A stretch of 22,610 bases of DNA. Source: Candidatus Hadarchaeota archaeon (lineage in GTDB: Archaea; Hadarchaeota; Hadarchaeia; Hadarchaeales; Hadarchaeaceae). Position numbers and translations under genes: made by a program. Positions 1 through 8,296 of this stretch are shown one piece after another (the first letter of the stretch is position 1; every line of letters begins with the position of its first letter). The DNA is taken from assembly GCA_040755315.1 (NCBI GenBank), contig JBFMBF010000019.1:1-22610 (forward strand), read 5' to 3'. The notes under the pieces were generated by a model. The model saw nothing but the letters and a program-made list of their open reading frames with translations, ran no database searches and was not told where the DNA came from.

Positions 1-83
1 GGCCTGAGCGCGGCCACTGCCCCGGCCGCCACGACCACCACGACAAGCGCAACCGCCAGCTTGACCAAGGGTTTTGCCATCAT
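1..83 (-). CDS. N-terminus of a membrane-anchored or secreted protein (runs off the window)
   Basis: Minus-strand translation from CAT at 81-83 gives MMAKPLVKLAVALVVVVVAAGAVAALR (basic residues plus hydrophobic helix). It lies 34 bp downstream of the 118..1398 gene on the same strand. Confidence 0.6.
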   Translation of the reverse strand, partial: MMAKPLVKLAVALVVVVVAAGAVAALR

Positions 84-117
84 AGTATCTTTGTCCTTCC
101 GTGCATTTATCGGCTCC

Positions 118-1398
118 CTAGCGAATCTTCAATAAGGCGCGTAGGACGGCTAACGCGGCGTTTACTGCTGCGGTTGTGTTCTGGGTCTTGGGACTTGCAG
201 CAGTTGGTTGCGGGGCAGCGATTTTTGGGGTGGCAATCACCGTCGACGTACCTGAACTCTTGGAACCAGTGGCGGCGGGCGTGGGTGGGACCGCGCTTGA
301 GTTCACCGTGCTTGGCGCCGTGTTCAGGCCGCTTTTGCTTACAGAATTCACGGCATTCGACACCGTGTTAATAACAGTCTTCATGATACTTACAACGGCG
401 TTCACCAATTGTGTCATAATTTTTTCAGCTTTGTCAATGACTTTGAGTGAGAATCCCTTATTATTCGCTCTCTCGGCCTCCTGTTTTTTCATCGTCGGGC
501 TCAAGTAGTTGGGAATCGTGACCGGGGAGTCGTTGACCATTATGGTCTCTGTCGGCCGCCGGGGGTTGACGGTATACATGGGAGTTACCGCCCCCCGCGA
601 GGATTGCGATCCCCCATCGTGGGACGGCCCGGGGGAGTAACCCGCCGCCTCAACCTTCGTCTCCTCGTCCACGCGCAGCTCGGCGCTGTCCGACCTGTTC
701 ACTCCGCCGGATGTCGCCGTCACTGTAATCGTGTAGGTTCCCTTCTGGGTCGAGCTTGTGGCGGTTATGTCGAGAGACGTGACCGCTTGGCCGTTCGCCG
801 GCGCGGACATTTTTTGCGGGAACCTGCAGCTCGCCCCGCCCGGCAGCCCGGAAACGCTCAGACTGACATTCCCCGTGAAGCCGTCAACAGACCTGACCGC
901 GACCGTGAAGCTGACCGACCTTTGGATCTTCAAAGTCAAAACGCCGTCCTTAAAACCGGTGTCCGCGTCTTTTGACACTCGCCCCAGCTCATGCTCGTTT
1001 ATTGGCCCTTGCGGGTATTTGTCCACCTCCCTCCTCGTCAGCTTGCCGTCCTTGAACTCCTCCAAAGTTATCCTGTTCAGGATCTTCCTCGAGCTGGGGG
1101 TTATCGTGAGCGTGAAGTCAGGCCTTGCCTTGTCTTTTGCGGCCCCATTCCCGGTGTTCGAGCCAGCGGAGGATGACGAGTAGCTTGGTCCAGACGTAAC
1201 GGAGGGAGGCGTAACGTTCTCCCGCTGAGCCCCGTTCTCCCGCTGAGCCCCGTTCTCACAAGTGTATTGGAATTCCCTCCTCTCGAGCCCGGCAGCCGCA
1301 ACCCCGACGCCGCCCAACGTGAAAAGGATGCAGAAGGCCAGCGCTGCCAGACGCGGCCATCCAACCGAGCGGCGCGTTTGTTTCTCCATTCTCATCAT
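118..1398 (-). CDS. Secreted/cell-surface protein with an Ig-like beta-sandwich domain and Ser/Thr/Pro-rich linkers
   Basis: Signal peptide (RR...LAALAFCILFTLGGVGVAAA). Ig-like strands PDFTLTITPSS...SFTVAVRSVDGFTGNVSLSVSGLP...GTYTITVTATSGG. Low-complexity S/T/P/A stretches. Confidence 0.75.
   Translation of the reverse strand: MMRMEKQTRRSVGWPRLAALAFCILFTLGGVGVAAAGLERREFQYTCENGAQRENGAQRENVTPPSVTSGPSYSSSSAGSNTGNGAAKDKARPDFTLTITPSSRKILNRITLEEFKDGKLTRREVDKYPQGPINEHELGRVSKDADTGFKDGVLTLKIQRSVSFTVAVRSVDGFTGNVSLSVSGLPGGASCRFPQKMSAPANGQAVTSLDITATSSTQKGTYTITVTATSGGVNRSDSAELRVDEETKVEAAGYSPGPSHDGGSQSSRGAVTPMYTVNPRRPTETIMVNDSPVTIPNYLSPTMKKQEAERANNKGFSLKVIDKAEKIMTQLVNAVVSIMKTVINTVSNAVNSVSKSGLNTAPSTVNSSAVPPTPAATGSKSSGTSTVIATPKIAAPQPTAASPKTQNTTAAVNAALAVLRALLKIR
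1215..1257. repeat. In-frame 18-bp tandem repeat (2.4 copies) encoding ENGAQR
   Basis: CGTTCTCCCGCTGAGCCC at 1215-1232 and 1233-1250, plus CGTTCTC at 1251-1257. Confidence 0.95.
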
Positions 1399-1474
1399 CC
1401 GAATTCTACTATGAAAAAAGCTCTATTTAGCCTTATTTTGTAAAAATATTGAATAATAAGCAGAATTTTTATAC

Positions 1475-1554
1475 AATGGTTCATTAAATTTCTATTTAAT
1501 GGTTCATTGGAAAAATTTTTAATAGTCTATTGAAAATTAATTCAATGGTTGGAT
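1475..1554. promoter_or_regulatory. Array of four 11-bp pseudo-palindromic sites with exact 23-bp period in a divergent promoter region
   Basis: AATGGTTCATT at 1475, AATGGTTCATT at 1498, AATAGTCTATT at 1521 and degenerate AATGGTTGGAT at 1544. The array overlaps the TATA-like TTTTAATA (1517-1524) and the ATG of the HTH gene. Confidence 0.7.
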
Positions 1555-1957
1555 GGTTGAGAGGCAGGAGATAAGGAAAATCAAACAACCGCCTGTTTTT
1601 GAGAAAAAGACGGGGTGGAAGGAGGTGGAATCGCAGGAGCAGGCCGAGATTATCCACCGGGCGTTGGGGGATCCCATAAGGGCCACAATATACAGCCTTT
1701 TGGACGATGGGCCCATCAGGCAGATAGACCTTGCGAGGCTCGTGAACAAGGTCATGAAAACCAGTTACGATGTTTCGGCAATCCTCCACCACCTTGAGCT
1801 CCTCGAGAAGGCTGGGCTGGCGGCCTCCGTGGAATTCCCCGGCAAGCAGACAAAAATCAAGATGATCTACAGGGCGAGGGACCTGAAGCTGCAGCTATAC
1901 GAGAGGCCCAAGATCGACGCCCCTCCGGAAGATGACGACTGGCGGCGCGAGCGCTGA
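1553..1957 (+). CDS. ArsR-like winged-helix DNA-binding protein
   Basis: RALGDPIRATIYSLL...IRQIDLARLV...SAILHHLELLEKAGL is an ArsR/HTH_20-type pattern. Confidence 0.85.
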   Translation: MVERQEIRKIKQPPVFEKKTGWKEVESQEQAEIIHRALGDPIRATIYSLLDDGPIRQIDLARLVNKVMKTSYDVSAILHHLELLEKAGLAASVEFPGKQTKIKMIYRARDLKLQLYERPKIDAPPEDDDWRRER

Positions 1958-1961
1958 AACA

Positions 1962-2810
1962 ATGGCTGTTTTCTCCACGATAGGGACGAAGGGCGGCGTG
2001 GGAAAGTCCACCGTGGCGATGGGGCTGGCCATCTGGATTTCCAAGCTCCAGCCGAAAAAGCACGTCCTCCTGATAGACGGGGACCTGCACGTCCGCTCGG
2101 CGGAGCTGAAGCTGTTCCCCCACCACGATGTCACCTTGGCGGATGTCTTCGCTGGCAGGAAGCCTTGGGAGGAGGCAGTCTACACTTGCCAACTGGCGGA
2201 CAAGGAGGGGAACATCCTCTACCCCAACTTGGCAGGGGTGCCAGCGGGGGGACGCTTCCTCTCCCCGATGAAGGCCGAGAGCGCCTTGGCCTACTTGGAC
2301 TACGCAAGGAGGGTCTTCGAGAAGATGATAACCACACTGCGGGACAAGTACGACACGATAATAGTCGACACCCCAGCCTCCGTCACATACGAGCACCTGA
2401 TCCTCACCGCCGTCGCCGACAGGATTCTCTACGTCTGCGAGGCTAACGACGACTCCCTGAACTCGACGCTCGTGACCGCCAAGGGACTAGAGAAATTCAT
2501 GGGGATAGAGTCAGTCGGGGTCGTTCTCTCCAAAGTTCCTTACAACGTTGACGCCAAGCCCTGGATCAAGAAGGCTAGGGAGATATCTTCCGTGCTCGGG
2601 GTGGTGCCCGACGACGGCCTGGTGGGCGACGCTTTCAGGGACAACCTCCCGGTGGCCGCCGCCTACCCCAATTCCCCGGCGAGCCTCAGCATCAGAGACA
2701 TTTCTAAAAAGCTTGTCAAGGTCAGGTCTCCGGCGAGGTCGGAGTTCTCGAAGCGCCTCGACATGGCGGTCAAGAAGGTCGCCGAAAAGGTTGAAGCCCG
2801 AAATCGCTGA
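1962..2810 (+). CDS. MinD/ParA family ATPase
   Basis: Deviant Walker A KGGVGKST, VLLIDGD, Walker B IIVDTP. Start moved to ATG 1962, 4 bp after the HTH stop. Confidence 0.9.
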   Translation: MAVFSTIGTKGGVGKSTVAMGLAIWISKLQPKKHVLLIDGDLHVRSAELKLFPHHDVTLADVFAGRKPWEEAVYTCQLADKEGNILYPNLAGVPAGGRFLSPMKAESALAYLDYARRVFEKMITTLRDKYDTIIVDTPASVTYEHLILTAVADRILYVCEANDDSLNSTLVTAKGLEKFMGIESVGVVLSKVPYNVDAKPWIKKAREISSVLGVVPDDGLVGDAFRDNLPVAAAYPNSPASLSIRDISKKLVKVRSPARSEFSKRLDMAVKKVAEKVEARNR

Positions 2811-2816
2811 GAAAAG

Positions 2817-2823
2817 TTTTTTT
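2817..2823 (+). terminator. Oligo-T archaeal terminator candidate
   Basis: T7 run 6 bp after the MinD/ParA stop, between convergent genes. Confidence 0.45.
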
Positions 2824-2962
2824 ACACCAATGTTTTGGATGGATTGGCGGAGGCTGGGACTCGACCTCACCTTCGCTTGGGCGCGTCGGCATGCTTTCCG
2901 GCTTCCGACGTGCCCGCTTCTGGTTTGATAAAAATCACAAAACAACCACGGTTTCGACGTCT

Positions 2963-3418
2963 TCACTGCCTCGTCTGCTTTCTGCTGTCCTTGATGAGAT
3001 AAATTTCCTGCACTCCGGAACCAAGCCTCGGCAGGAGCACCGCGGCCCTTTCAACGTCGCTCTGGGTGACCATCCCCACTATCTTCCCATCCTTCACGAC
3101 CGGCACACGCCTGATCGAGTGTTTTTCCATGAGCTTCATCACCTCGAACATGGACGACTCCGGCTTCACCGTAACGAGGGGCTTCGACATTATCCGCGCC
3201 ACGATTTCTCTTTCAAGCTTGCGCTTCTGCGCGACCGCCCTCGTTAGGATGTCGCGGTCTGTCAATATCCCAACGGGCCTCTCACCCTTCGTCACGACTA
3301 TGCTGCCCAGCCTCTCCTCGCTCAGGACCTTTGCGGCGTCGAATATGCTCTTCGCGGCGTCAATTGTGATGACCTTCTGTGTCATGAATTCTTCCACTTT
3401 GAACTTCATCCCCATCAT
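2963..3418 (-). CDS. CBS domain pair protein
   Basis: KVEEFMTQKVITID...GILTDRDIL and IMSKPLVTV...IRRVPVV..GKIVGMVTQSD. Start uncertain (3418/3415/3409). Confidence 0.9.
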   Translation of the reverse strand: MMGMKFKVEEFMTQKVITIDAAKSIFDAAKVLSEERLGSIVVTKGERPVGILTDRDILTRAVAQKRKLEREIVARIMSKPLVTVKPESSMFEVMKLMEKHSIRRVPVVKDGKIVGMVTQSDVERAAVLLPRLGSGVQEIYLIKDSRKQTRQ

Positions 3419-3568
3419 TAACGCTTTTGGTTTTGTCCTAAAAACAGTTGGGTATTTTTCTCTTTTATAAAGCTCCAACTCCCAAGCTCCGGTGAGAGAA
3501 TGCAGGCCGTGTTGGAAGATGCACCGCTCGAGGCGCTAAATACTACTGATGCTAGTCTCGGTGGGAAC

Positions 3569-4243
3569 ATGGGGAAGCAAAAGTTGAGGGTGATCGCAGA
3601 CCACCGCGAGGTCCCTTCAGGGGTGGTGGAAGAGCTGCGGAAGATGGGCGTCGAGGTGGAAGAGAGGCAGCTTGGTGTAGGCGACTTCATACTCAGCCAG
3701 CGGGTCGGGGTCGAGAGGAAGTCGGCTGGGGATTTCCTCCAGTCCATGATTGATGGCCGCCTTCTCACGCAGGCCAAGCTGCTGCGCGAGAGCTTCGAGC
3801 GCCCGGTTCTGATGGTAGAAGGCAAGGACCTTTACAAAAGGAGGGCCATCCACCCCAACGCAATCCGTGGGGCGCTGGCGGCGCTGGCAATAGACCTCGG
3901 CATCCCGCTCATCCCGACGGCCAACGCGAAAGACACCGCCCACCTGCTTGCGGCAATCGCGAGGAGGGAGCAGGCGATGGAATTCAATGAGGCCGCCATG
4001 CGGAGGAAGGTTTGTGGGCTGGACATGCACGAGTGCCAGCGCTTTGTGGTCGAGGGCCTGCCGGGCGTCTCGGCTGTGCTGGCGAAGAGGCTGCTCGAGC
4101 ATTTCAAGACAGTCGAGGCGGTCATGCGGGCGTCCGAGGAGGAGCTCCGCGAGGTCCACGGCATCGGCAAGGTGAAGGCCAAAAGGATACGGGAGCTGCT
4201 CGCGGCGTTTTACGAAGACAAGGCCGAAGAGGCGACCAGCTGA
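3569..4243 (+). CDS. xpf: XPF/ERCC4-type structure-specific endonuclease with tandem HhH (stand-alone, no helicase)
   Basis: IADHRE, GDF...VERKS..DF..S..DGRL..Q nuclease motifs. HhH motifs LPGVS and VHGIG. ATG 3569 is preceded by GGTGGG. Confidence 0.88.
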   Translation: MGKQKLRVIADHREVPSGVVEELRKMGVEVEERQLGVGDFILSQRVGVERKSAGDFLQSMIDGRLLTQAKLLRESFERPVLMVEGKDLYKRRAIHPNAIRGALAALAIDLGIPLIPTANAKDTAHLLAAIARREQAMEFNEAAMRRKVCGLDMHECQRFVVEGLPGVSAVLAKRLLEHFKTVEAVMRASEEELREVHGIGKVKAKRIRELLAAFYEDKAEEATS

Positions 4244-4288
4244 TTCCGCACACTCTTTAAACTTCAAGGGCAAATCTTCCCAGATAGC

Positions 4289-5881
4289 ATGCACTGGATT
4301 GACGGCGTGGCCGAGGAGTTGATGAAGCGCGGCGGGAAGCAGGTCATCGCCAGCGGCATCTCCATCTCCGGCCACATCCACATCGGGCATGCCAATGATG
4401 TCTTCATCGCCGATGCCGTCCGCCGCTCGCTGGAGGCGCGCGGGGCAGAGGCCGAGGCCATCTGGTATGCGGATGACTACGACCCCATGAGAAGAATCCC
4501 GTGGCCGCTCAACGAGGGGGAACTTGCGGAGAATTACAAAAAATACCTAGGCTTCCCGTACGCTAACATCCCGTCGCCGAGCCCCGAGTTCAAAAGCTTC
4601 GTCGATTTCTTCCAGAGGCCTTTCGTGGAGTCGCTGCATGATTACGGAATAAGGGTGAAGATTCACTCTGGGGCCGAGATCTACAGGAGCGGGAGGATGG
4701 CGGGCATGATAAGGACTGCGCTGGAGCATGCCGGCGAAATCAGGGAAATTTTGAACAGGTTCAGGGAAAAGCCCCTTCCCGAGGACTGGCTGCCTTTTGA
4801 CGCCATCTGCAGCCACTGCGGAAGGATAGCTACTACCAAGGCAATCTCTTGGGAGGGCAACCAAGTTAGGTACAGGTGCGAGGGGACCGACTACGCTGCC
4901 GGGTGCGACCACGAGTGCGACGCGGACTACACCCGCGGGGAGGGCAAGCTAACGTGGAGGGTGGAGTGGCCGGCCAGGTGGAAGCTGCTCGGGGTGAGTT
5001 GCGAGCCGTTCGGGAAGGACCACGCCGTCGTGGGCGGGAGCTACGACACCGGGAAGCCGATTTCCAGAAACATCTTCGGCTACGAGCCTCCGGTGCCGCT
5101 GCCTTACGAGTGGGTGAGCATGAAGGGGAAGAAGCTGTCGTCGTCGAAGGGGGTTGTCTTCACTCTCAAGCAGTGGCTTGAGGTGGCCGAGCCGGAGCTT
5201 TTGAGGTACTTCATCTTCAGGAGCAAGCCCATGAAGTCGAAGGAGTTTGATCCCGGGGTTTCGCTCCCGGACCTCTACGAGGAGTACGACATAGCCGAGC
5301 AGGTCCACTTCAAAAAACTTGAGGTCCCGGCTTCTAGGGAGGGGCAGCTCTCCCGCATCTATGAGCTCTCGCAGGTGAGGGAAGTCCCAGAGGCAGCGCC
5401 GCAGAGGGTATCTTTCAGGTTTGCCGCGGTGCTCTGTCAGGTTGCGAGAGAGGAGGCAGAGGCCGTCGAGATACTGACAAAGAGGAAGGTGCTGGAAAGC
5501 CCTGCCAGAAGCGACATAGATCTTGCCATGAAAAGGATTGAACTCGCGAGGAACTGGGTGGATAACTACGCGCCTGATCACCTGAAGTTCACCCTGCTTG
5601 AGGGGATGAAAGCCGAGGTGAGGCAGCAGCTTGCGCCTGGCCAGAAGGATGGGCTGAAGAGACTGGCGCAAGACCTGAAGAAAAAGGATTTCACTCCCAT
5701 CGAGCTGCACAACCACATCTATGAAGTGGCAAAGCAGACGGGCGTAGAAGCCGTGGAGGTGTTCAAGGCGATTTATCTTGTGCTCCTTGGGAGGGAATCA
5801 GGTCCCAGGGCGGGGGCTTTCATCTCGGCTCTCGAGAAGGGCTTCGTCGTGAAGCGGCTGATGGAAGCGGCGGCCGTTTAG
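4289..5881 (+). CDS. lysS: Lysine--tRNA ligase, class I
   Basis: MHWID start, SGHIHIGH (HIGH), KLSSSKG (KMSKS-like), GKLTWRVEWPARW, EPFGKDH, SGPRAG. Confidence 0.97.
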   Translation: MHWIDGVAEELMKRGGKQVIASGISISGHIHIGHANDVFIADAVRRSLEARGAEAEAIWYADDYDPMRRIPWPLNEGELAENYKKYLGFPYANIPSPSPEFKSFVDFFQRPFVESLHDYGIRVKIHSGAEIYRSGRMAGMIRTALEHAGEIREILNRFREKPLPEDWLPFDAICSHCGRIATTKAISWEGNQVRYRCEGTDYAAGCDHECDADYTRGEGKLTWRVEWPARWKLLGVSCEPFGKDHAVVGGSYDTGKPISRNIFGYEPPVPLPYEWVSMKGKKLSSSKGVVFTLKQWLEVAEPELLRYFIFRSKPMKSKEFDPGVSLPDLYEEYDIAEQVHFKKLEVPASREGQLSRIYELSQVREVPEAAPQRVSFRFAAVLCQVAREEAEAVEILTKRKVLESPARSDIDLAMKRIELARNWVDNYAPDHLKFTLLEGMKAEVRQQLAPGQKDGLKRLAQDLKKKDFTPIELHNHIYEVAKQTGVEAVEVFKAIYLVLLGRESGPRAGAFISALEKGFVVKRLMEAAAV

Positions 5882-5959
5882 TGTTGTTTTTTCGATTACC
5901 CACCTCGGTTTTCGCAAGTGTCAGCCCAGCATCAAGTTCCAGCGGCTGGAGAGGCCGCG

Positions 5960-5979
5960 TGTCAACACCCCTGTTGACA
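5960..5979. repeat. Perfect 8-bp inverted repeat in the lysS-DUF998 spacer
   Basis: TGTCAACA-CCCC-TGTTGACA. Confidence 0.6.
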
Positions 5980-6087
5980 ACTATGACACAACTCCACAAA
6001 CTTTGCTCGAACTTCAGCAACCAGCAGAGGGACAAAACGACGCCGGTCTTTCATTTTTAAGATGATTAGCCAAGTAGTTTCGAGCAC

Positions 6088-6657
6088 ATGTCGTCGAAAA
6101 AGTGGCCGCAGATAGCCGGTATTTTCGGGATTTTGTCCCCCGTCGTCACCATCTCCCTGGTCTTGCTGGCGATAGCACTTTCACCCTGGTTTAGCTGGTC
6201 GGCAAACGCCCTGAGCGACCTTGGCGTGGGGGAGGCAGCTTTGATCTTCAACTCCGGGCTGGCGATAGGCGCAGTCTCCACGATGTTATTCTCCTCCGGC
6301 ATTTTCTTGTCGTCAAAAAAAAGAGCGGTTCGCCGCCACGGCTCCATTGTCCTCTTCGCCGCAGCAGTCTCGCTGCTTGGAGTCGGGATTTTCACAGAGG
6401 CGGCCGGCGGAGCCCACTTTTACTTCTCCGTGGCTTTCTTCTTCCTTTTATGCTTCTCCCTTTTCATACTCGGCGCCGGTCACATTTTGGCCGGCTCAAG
6501 GATGTTCGGAGCCTTCACAATCTCCGCGGGGGCCATGGCCGCCATCCCGTGGGCATTCAGCTGGACTGCCCTGGCCGTGCCGGAAACAATCTCTGCACTG
6601 GCCGCAGGTGTTTGGAGCATCTTGCAGGGAACGAGGCTGTACATGGGCAAAGTTTGA
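6088..6657 (+). CDS. DUF998-family multi-pass membrane protein
   Basis: SPWFSWSANALSDLG, FN.GL, LLGVGIF.E...H..FS..FF pattern, with about six hydrophobic helices. Confidence 0.8.
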   Translation: MSSKKWPQIAGIFGILSPVVTISLVLLAIALSPWFSWSANALSDLGVGEAALIFNSGLAIGAVSTMLFSSGIFLSSKKRAVRRHGSIVLFAAAVSLLGVGIFTEAAGGAHFYFSVAFFFLLCFSLFILGAGHILAGSRMFGAFTISAGAMAAIPWAFSWTALAVPETISALAAGVWSILQGTRLYMGKV

Positions 6658-6669
6658 CCGAGGCCGAAA

Positions 6670-7380
6670 TTATGTTTCATGTTTTTTCAGCCGGAGCTTC
6701 ACCTCGGGGTTCTCTTCCGCCAGCCGCTTGAAAACCTCCTCGAAGCTCTCCTCGGGTGCCAGGCTCCTCTGGATGAAAACCCCCGTGCGCCCGACCTCCG
6801 CCCGCCGCCTGAGGACCTGCGCGCGCTCCCGAACTATGTCCAGACTTACACCCACCACCTTCGCCACCTCCGCCTCCCGCCCGGCAATCTGGCTTTCGAA
6901 GTGCCCCGCGGGCGTCGGCTCTATCAGCATCAACCTCTTGTCCACGCCAGGGACTCGGGCATCCTTTTCCAGCCCGGCCAGGTCAACCGCCCCCCCGAAG
7001 TGGTAAAACTCCAGCTCCATCCGCCCGGCCTTGATCAAAGGAAAAGTCACGGAAGTTTTTTCGTCAATGTAAACATGGGCCTTCGGAAGCTGCCATGGCG
7101 TGGCCATCACCAGCTCCTTCTTCCAAACTTGAAACCCAGCTTCCCGGAGGGCCAGTTCAACCCTGTATGACGGAACTTGGCCAGGTATGAAGACGTCCAC
7201 ATCGCTTTTTTCATCAACATCGCCGCGTGCAACGCTTCCATGCACGACAGGCTCAGCTCCAAGCCCAGAAATAACACCCACAACTGTCTTCGCCTTTTTT
7301 CTGAGCTCCTTCAACAGCAGCCAGCGCTTCTCCACATAGATGACTTCAGAAGCTTCACCGACACGGGCGGGCCGCACCAT
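6670..7380 (-). CDS. Archaeal pol-beta-superfamily nucleotidyltransferase (COG2413-like)
   Basis: HGSVARGDVDEKSDVDVFI. Conserved archaeal tail EFYHFGG...RVPGVDKRL...RR..VGRTGVF. Confidence 0.85.
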   Translation of the reverse strand: MVRPARVGEASEVIYVEKRWLLLKELRKKAKTVVGVISGLGAEPVVHGSVARGDVDEKSDVDVFIPGQVPSYRVELALREAGFQVWKKELVMATPWQLPKAHVYIDEKTSVTFPLIKAGRMELEFYHFGGAVDLAGLEKDARVPGVDKRLMLIEPTPAGHFESQIAGREAEVAKVVGVSLDIVRERAQVLRRRAEVGRTGVFIQRSLAPEESFEEVFKRLAEENPEVKLRLKKHET

Positions 7381-7920
7381 CTACAAACCCACGACCTTGT
7401 CCCCGACGACGAAGGTTTTCCCTGAGATATGGAGAAGAGGCTTCACGGCCTCGGCGTTGAGCATCCCGCCCTTCACGGCCTCATCTCTGGCGTGGGCGGC
7501 GACGACTTTCCCAGCCAGCACAACATACTCAGGCCCCCTGTGCATCCAGTCCAGCTTGCACTCGAGGTTCACGGGACATTCCACTACCCTCGGCGGCTTC
7601 ACGGCGTCCGACGCCTCCCAATGCAGCCCGGCCTTTTCCAGCTCGTTCACGCCGCGGGGAAAGTTCTTCCCGCACGCGTACATCTTCTTCTTGATGCCTT
7701 CAGGCACCAGATTGAACACGAACTCCCCCGTGTCGCAGATGTTTTTGTAGGTGTCGCTCTCGTAGCTCGTCGAAAAAGCAACGATTGGAGGATCGGACTC
7801 AACGGTGGTCACCCAGGACATAGGCGCCGCGTTTGTCCTCCCCTGCTTGTCGACTGTCGTTATCAAAACTATCGGACGGGGAGCCAGGAGCTTGTAAGCA
7901 TTTTTGAGGTCAACCTTCAT
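7381..7920 (-). CDS. Flavin reductase-like (FMN-binding split barrel) protein
   Basis: LLAPRPIVLITT...NAAPMSW...DTYKNI..TGEFVFN...VKPPRVVECPVNLEC. Confidence 0.9.
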   Translation of the reverse strand: MKVDLKNAYKLLAPRPIVLITTVDKQGRTNAAPMSWVTTVESDPPIVAFSTSYESDTYKNICDTGEFVFNLVPEGIKKKMYACGKNFPRGVNELEKAGLHWEASDAVKPPRVVECPVNLECKLDWMHRGPEYVVLAGKVVAAHARDEAVKGGMLNAEAVKPLLHISGKTFVVGDKVVGL

Positions 7921-7924
7921 CCAA

Positions 7925-8239
7925 TCACTTTGTACTTCCCTCAACCCACCTTAAATATTCTGGGAGCCCGCGAGAAACTTTCACTGCAATTATCTCGGGA
8001 ACCTCGTAGCTGTGTAATTCCTTGATGCGCCTGACGAGCTTGCCTAGCTTTTTGTCGGAGGTCTTCACGATTAGGAGGACTTCCCCAACCCTTTCCATTT
8101 TTCCCTTCCACTTGTAGACTGATGTTGCTCCGGGTACTGAGCTCACGCACGCAGCGAGCCCCTCCGAGACAAGCTTCTCCGATATTTTCTTAGCTTCAGC
8201 CCGGTTTTTTGCCATGCTCAGCACAAGGTTCAACTTCAC
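7925..8239 (-). CDS. cutA: Divalent-cation tolerance protein CutA
   Basis: LAACV....SVYKWKGK...E..L.VKT...IKELHSYEVPEII...YLRWV. Confidence 0.93.
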   Translation of the reverse strand: MKLNLVLSMAKNRAEAKKISEKLVSEGLAACVSSVPGATSVYKWKGKMERVGEVLLIVKTSDKKLGKLVRRIKELHSYEVPEIIAVKVSRGLPEYLRWVEGSTK

Positions 8240-8296
8240 ACCAATCTCACAGACGAAACCAGAAGTTTAAACCTTGTTGGAACTCAATGGCATTGC

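Noticed and set aside
1475..1554. CRISPR-like mini-array
   Set aside because: 11-bp repeats with 12-bp AT-rich spacers are far too short, and there are no cas genes.
5820..6054. Small minus-strand ORFs in the lysS-DUF998 spacer
   Set aside because: Short, no recognisable motif, and one overlaps lysS. Only the inverted repeat is reported.
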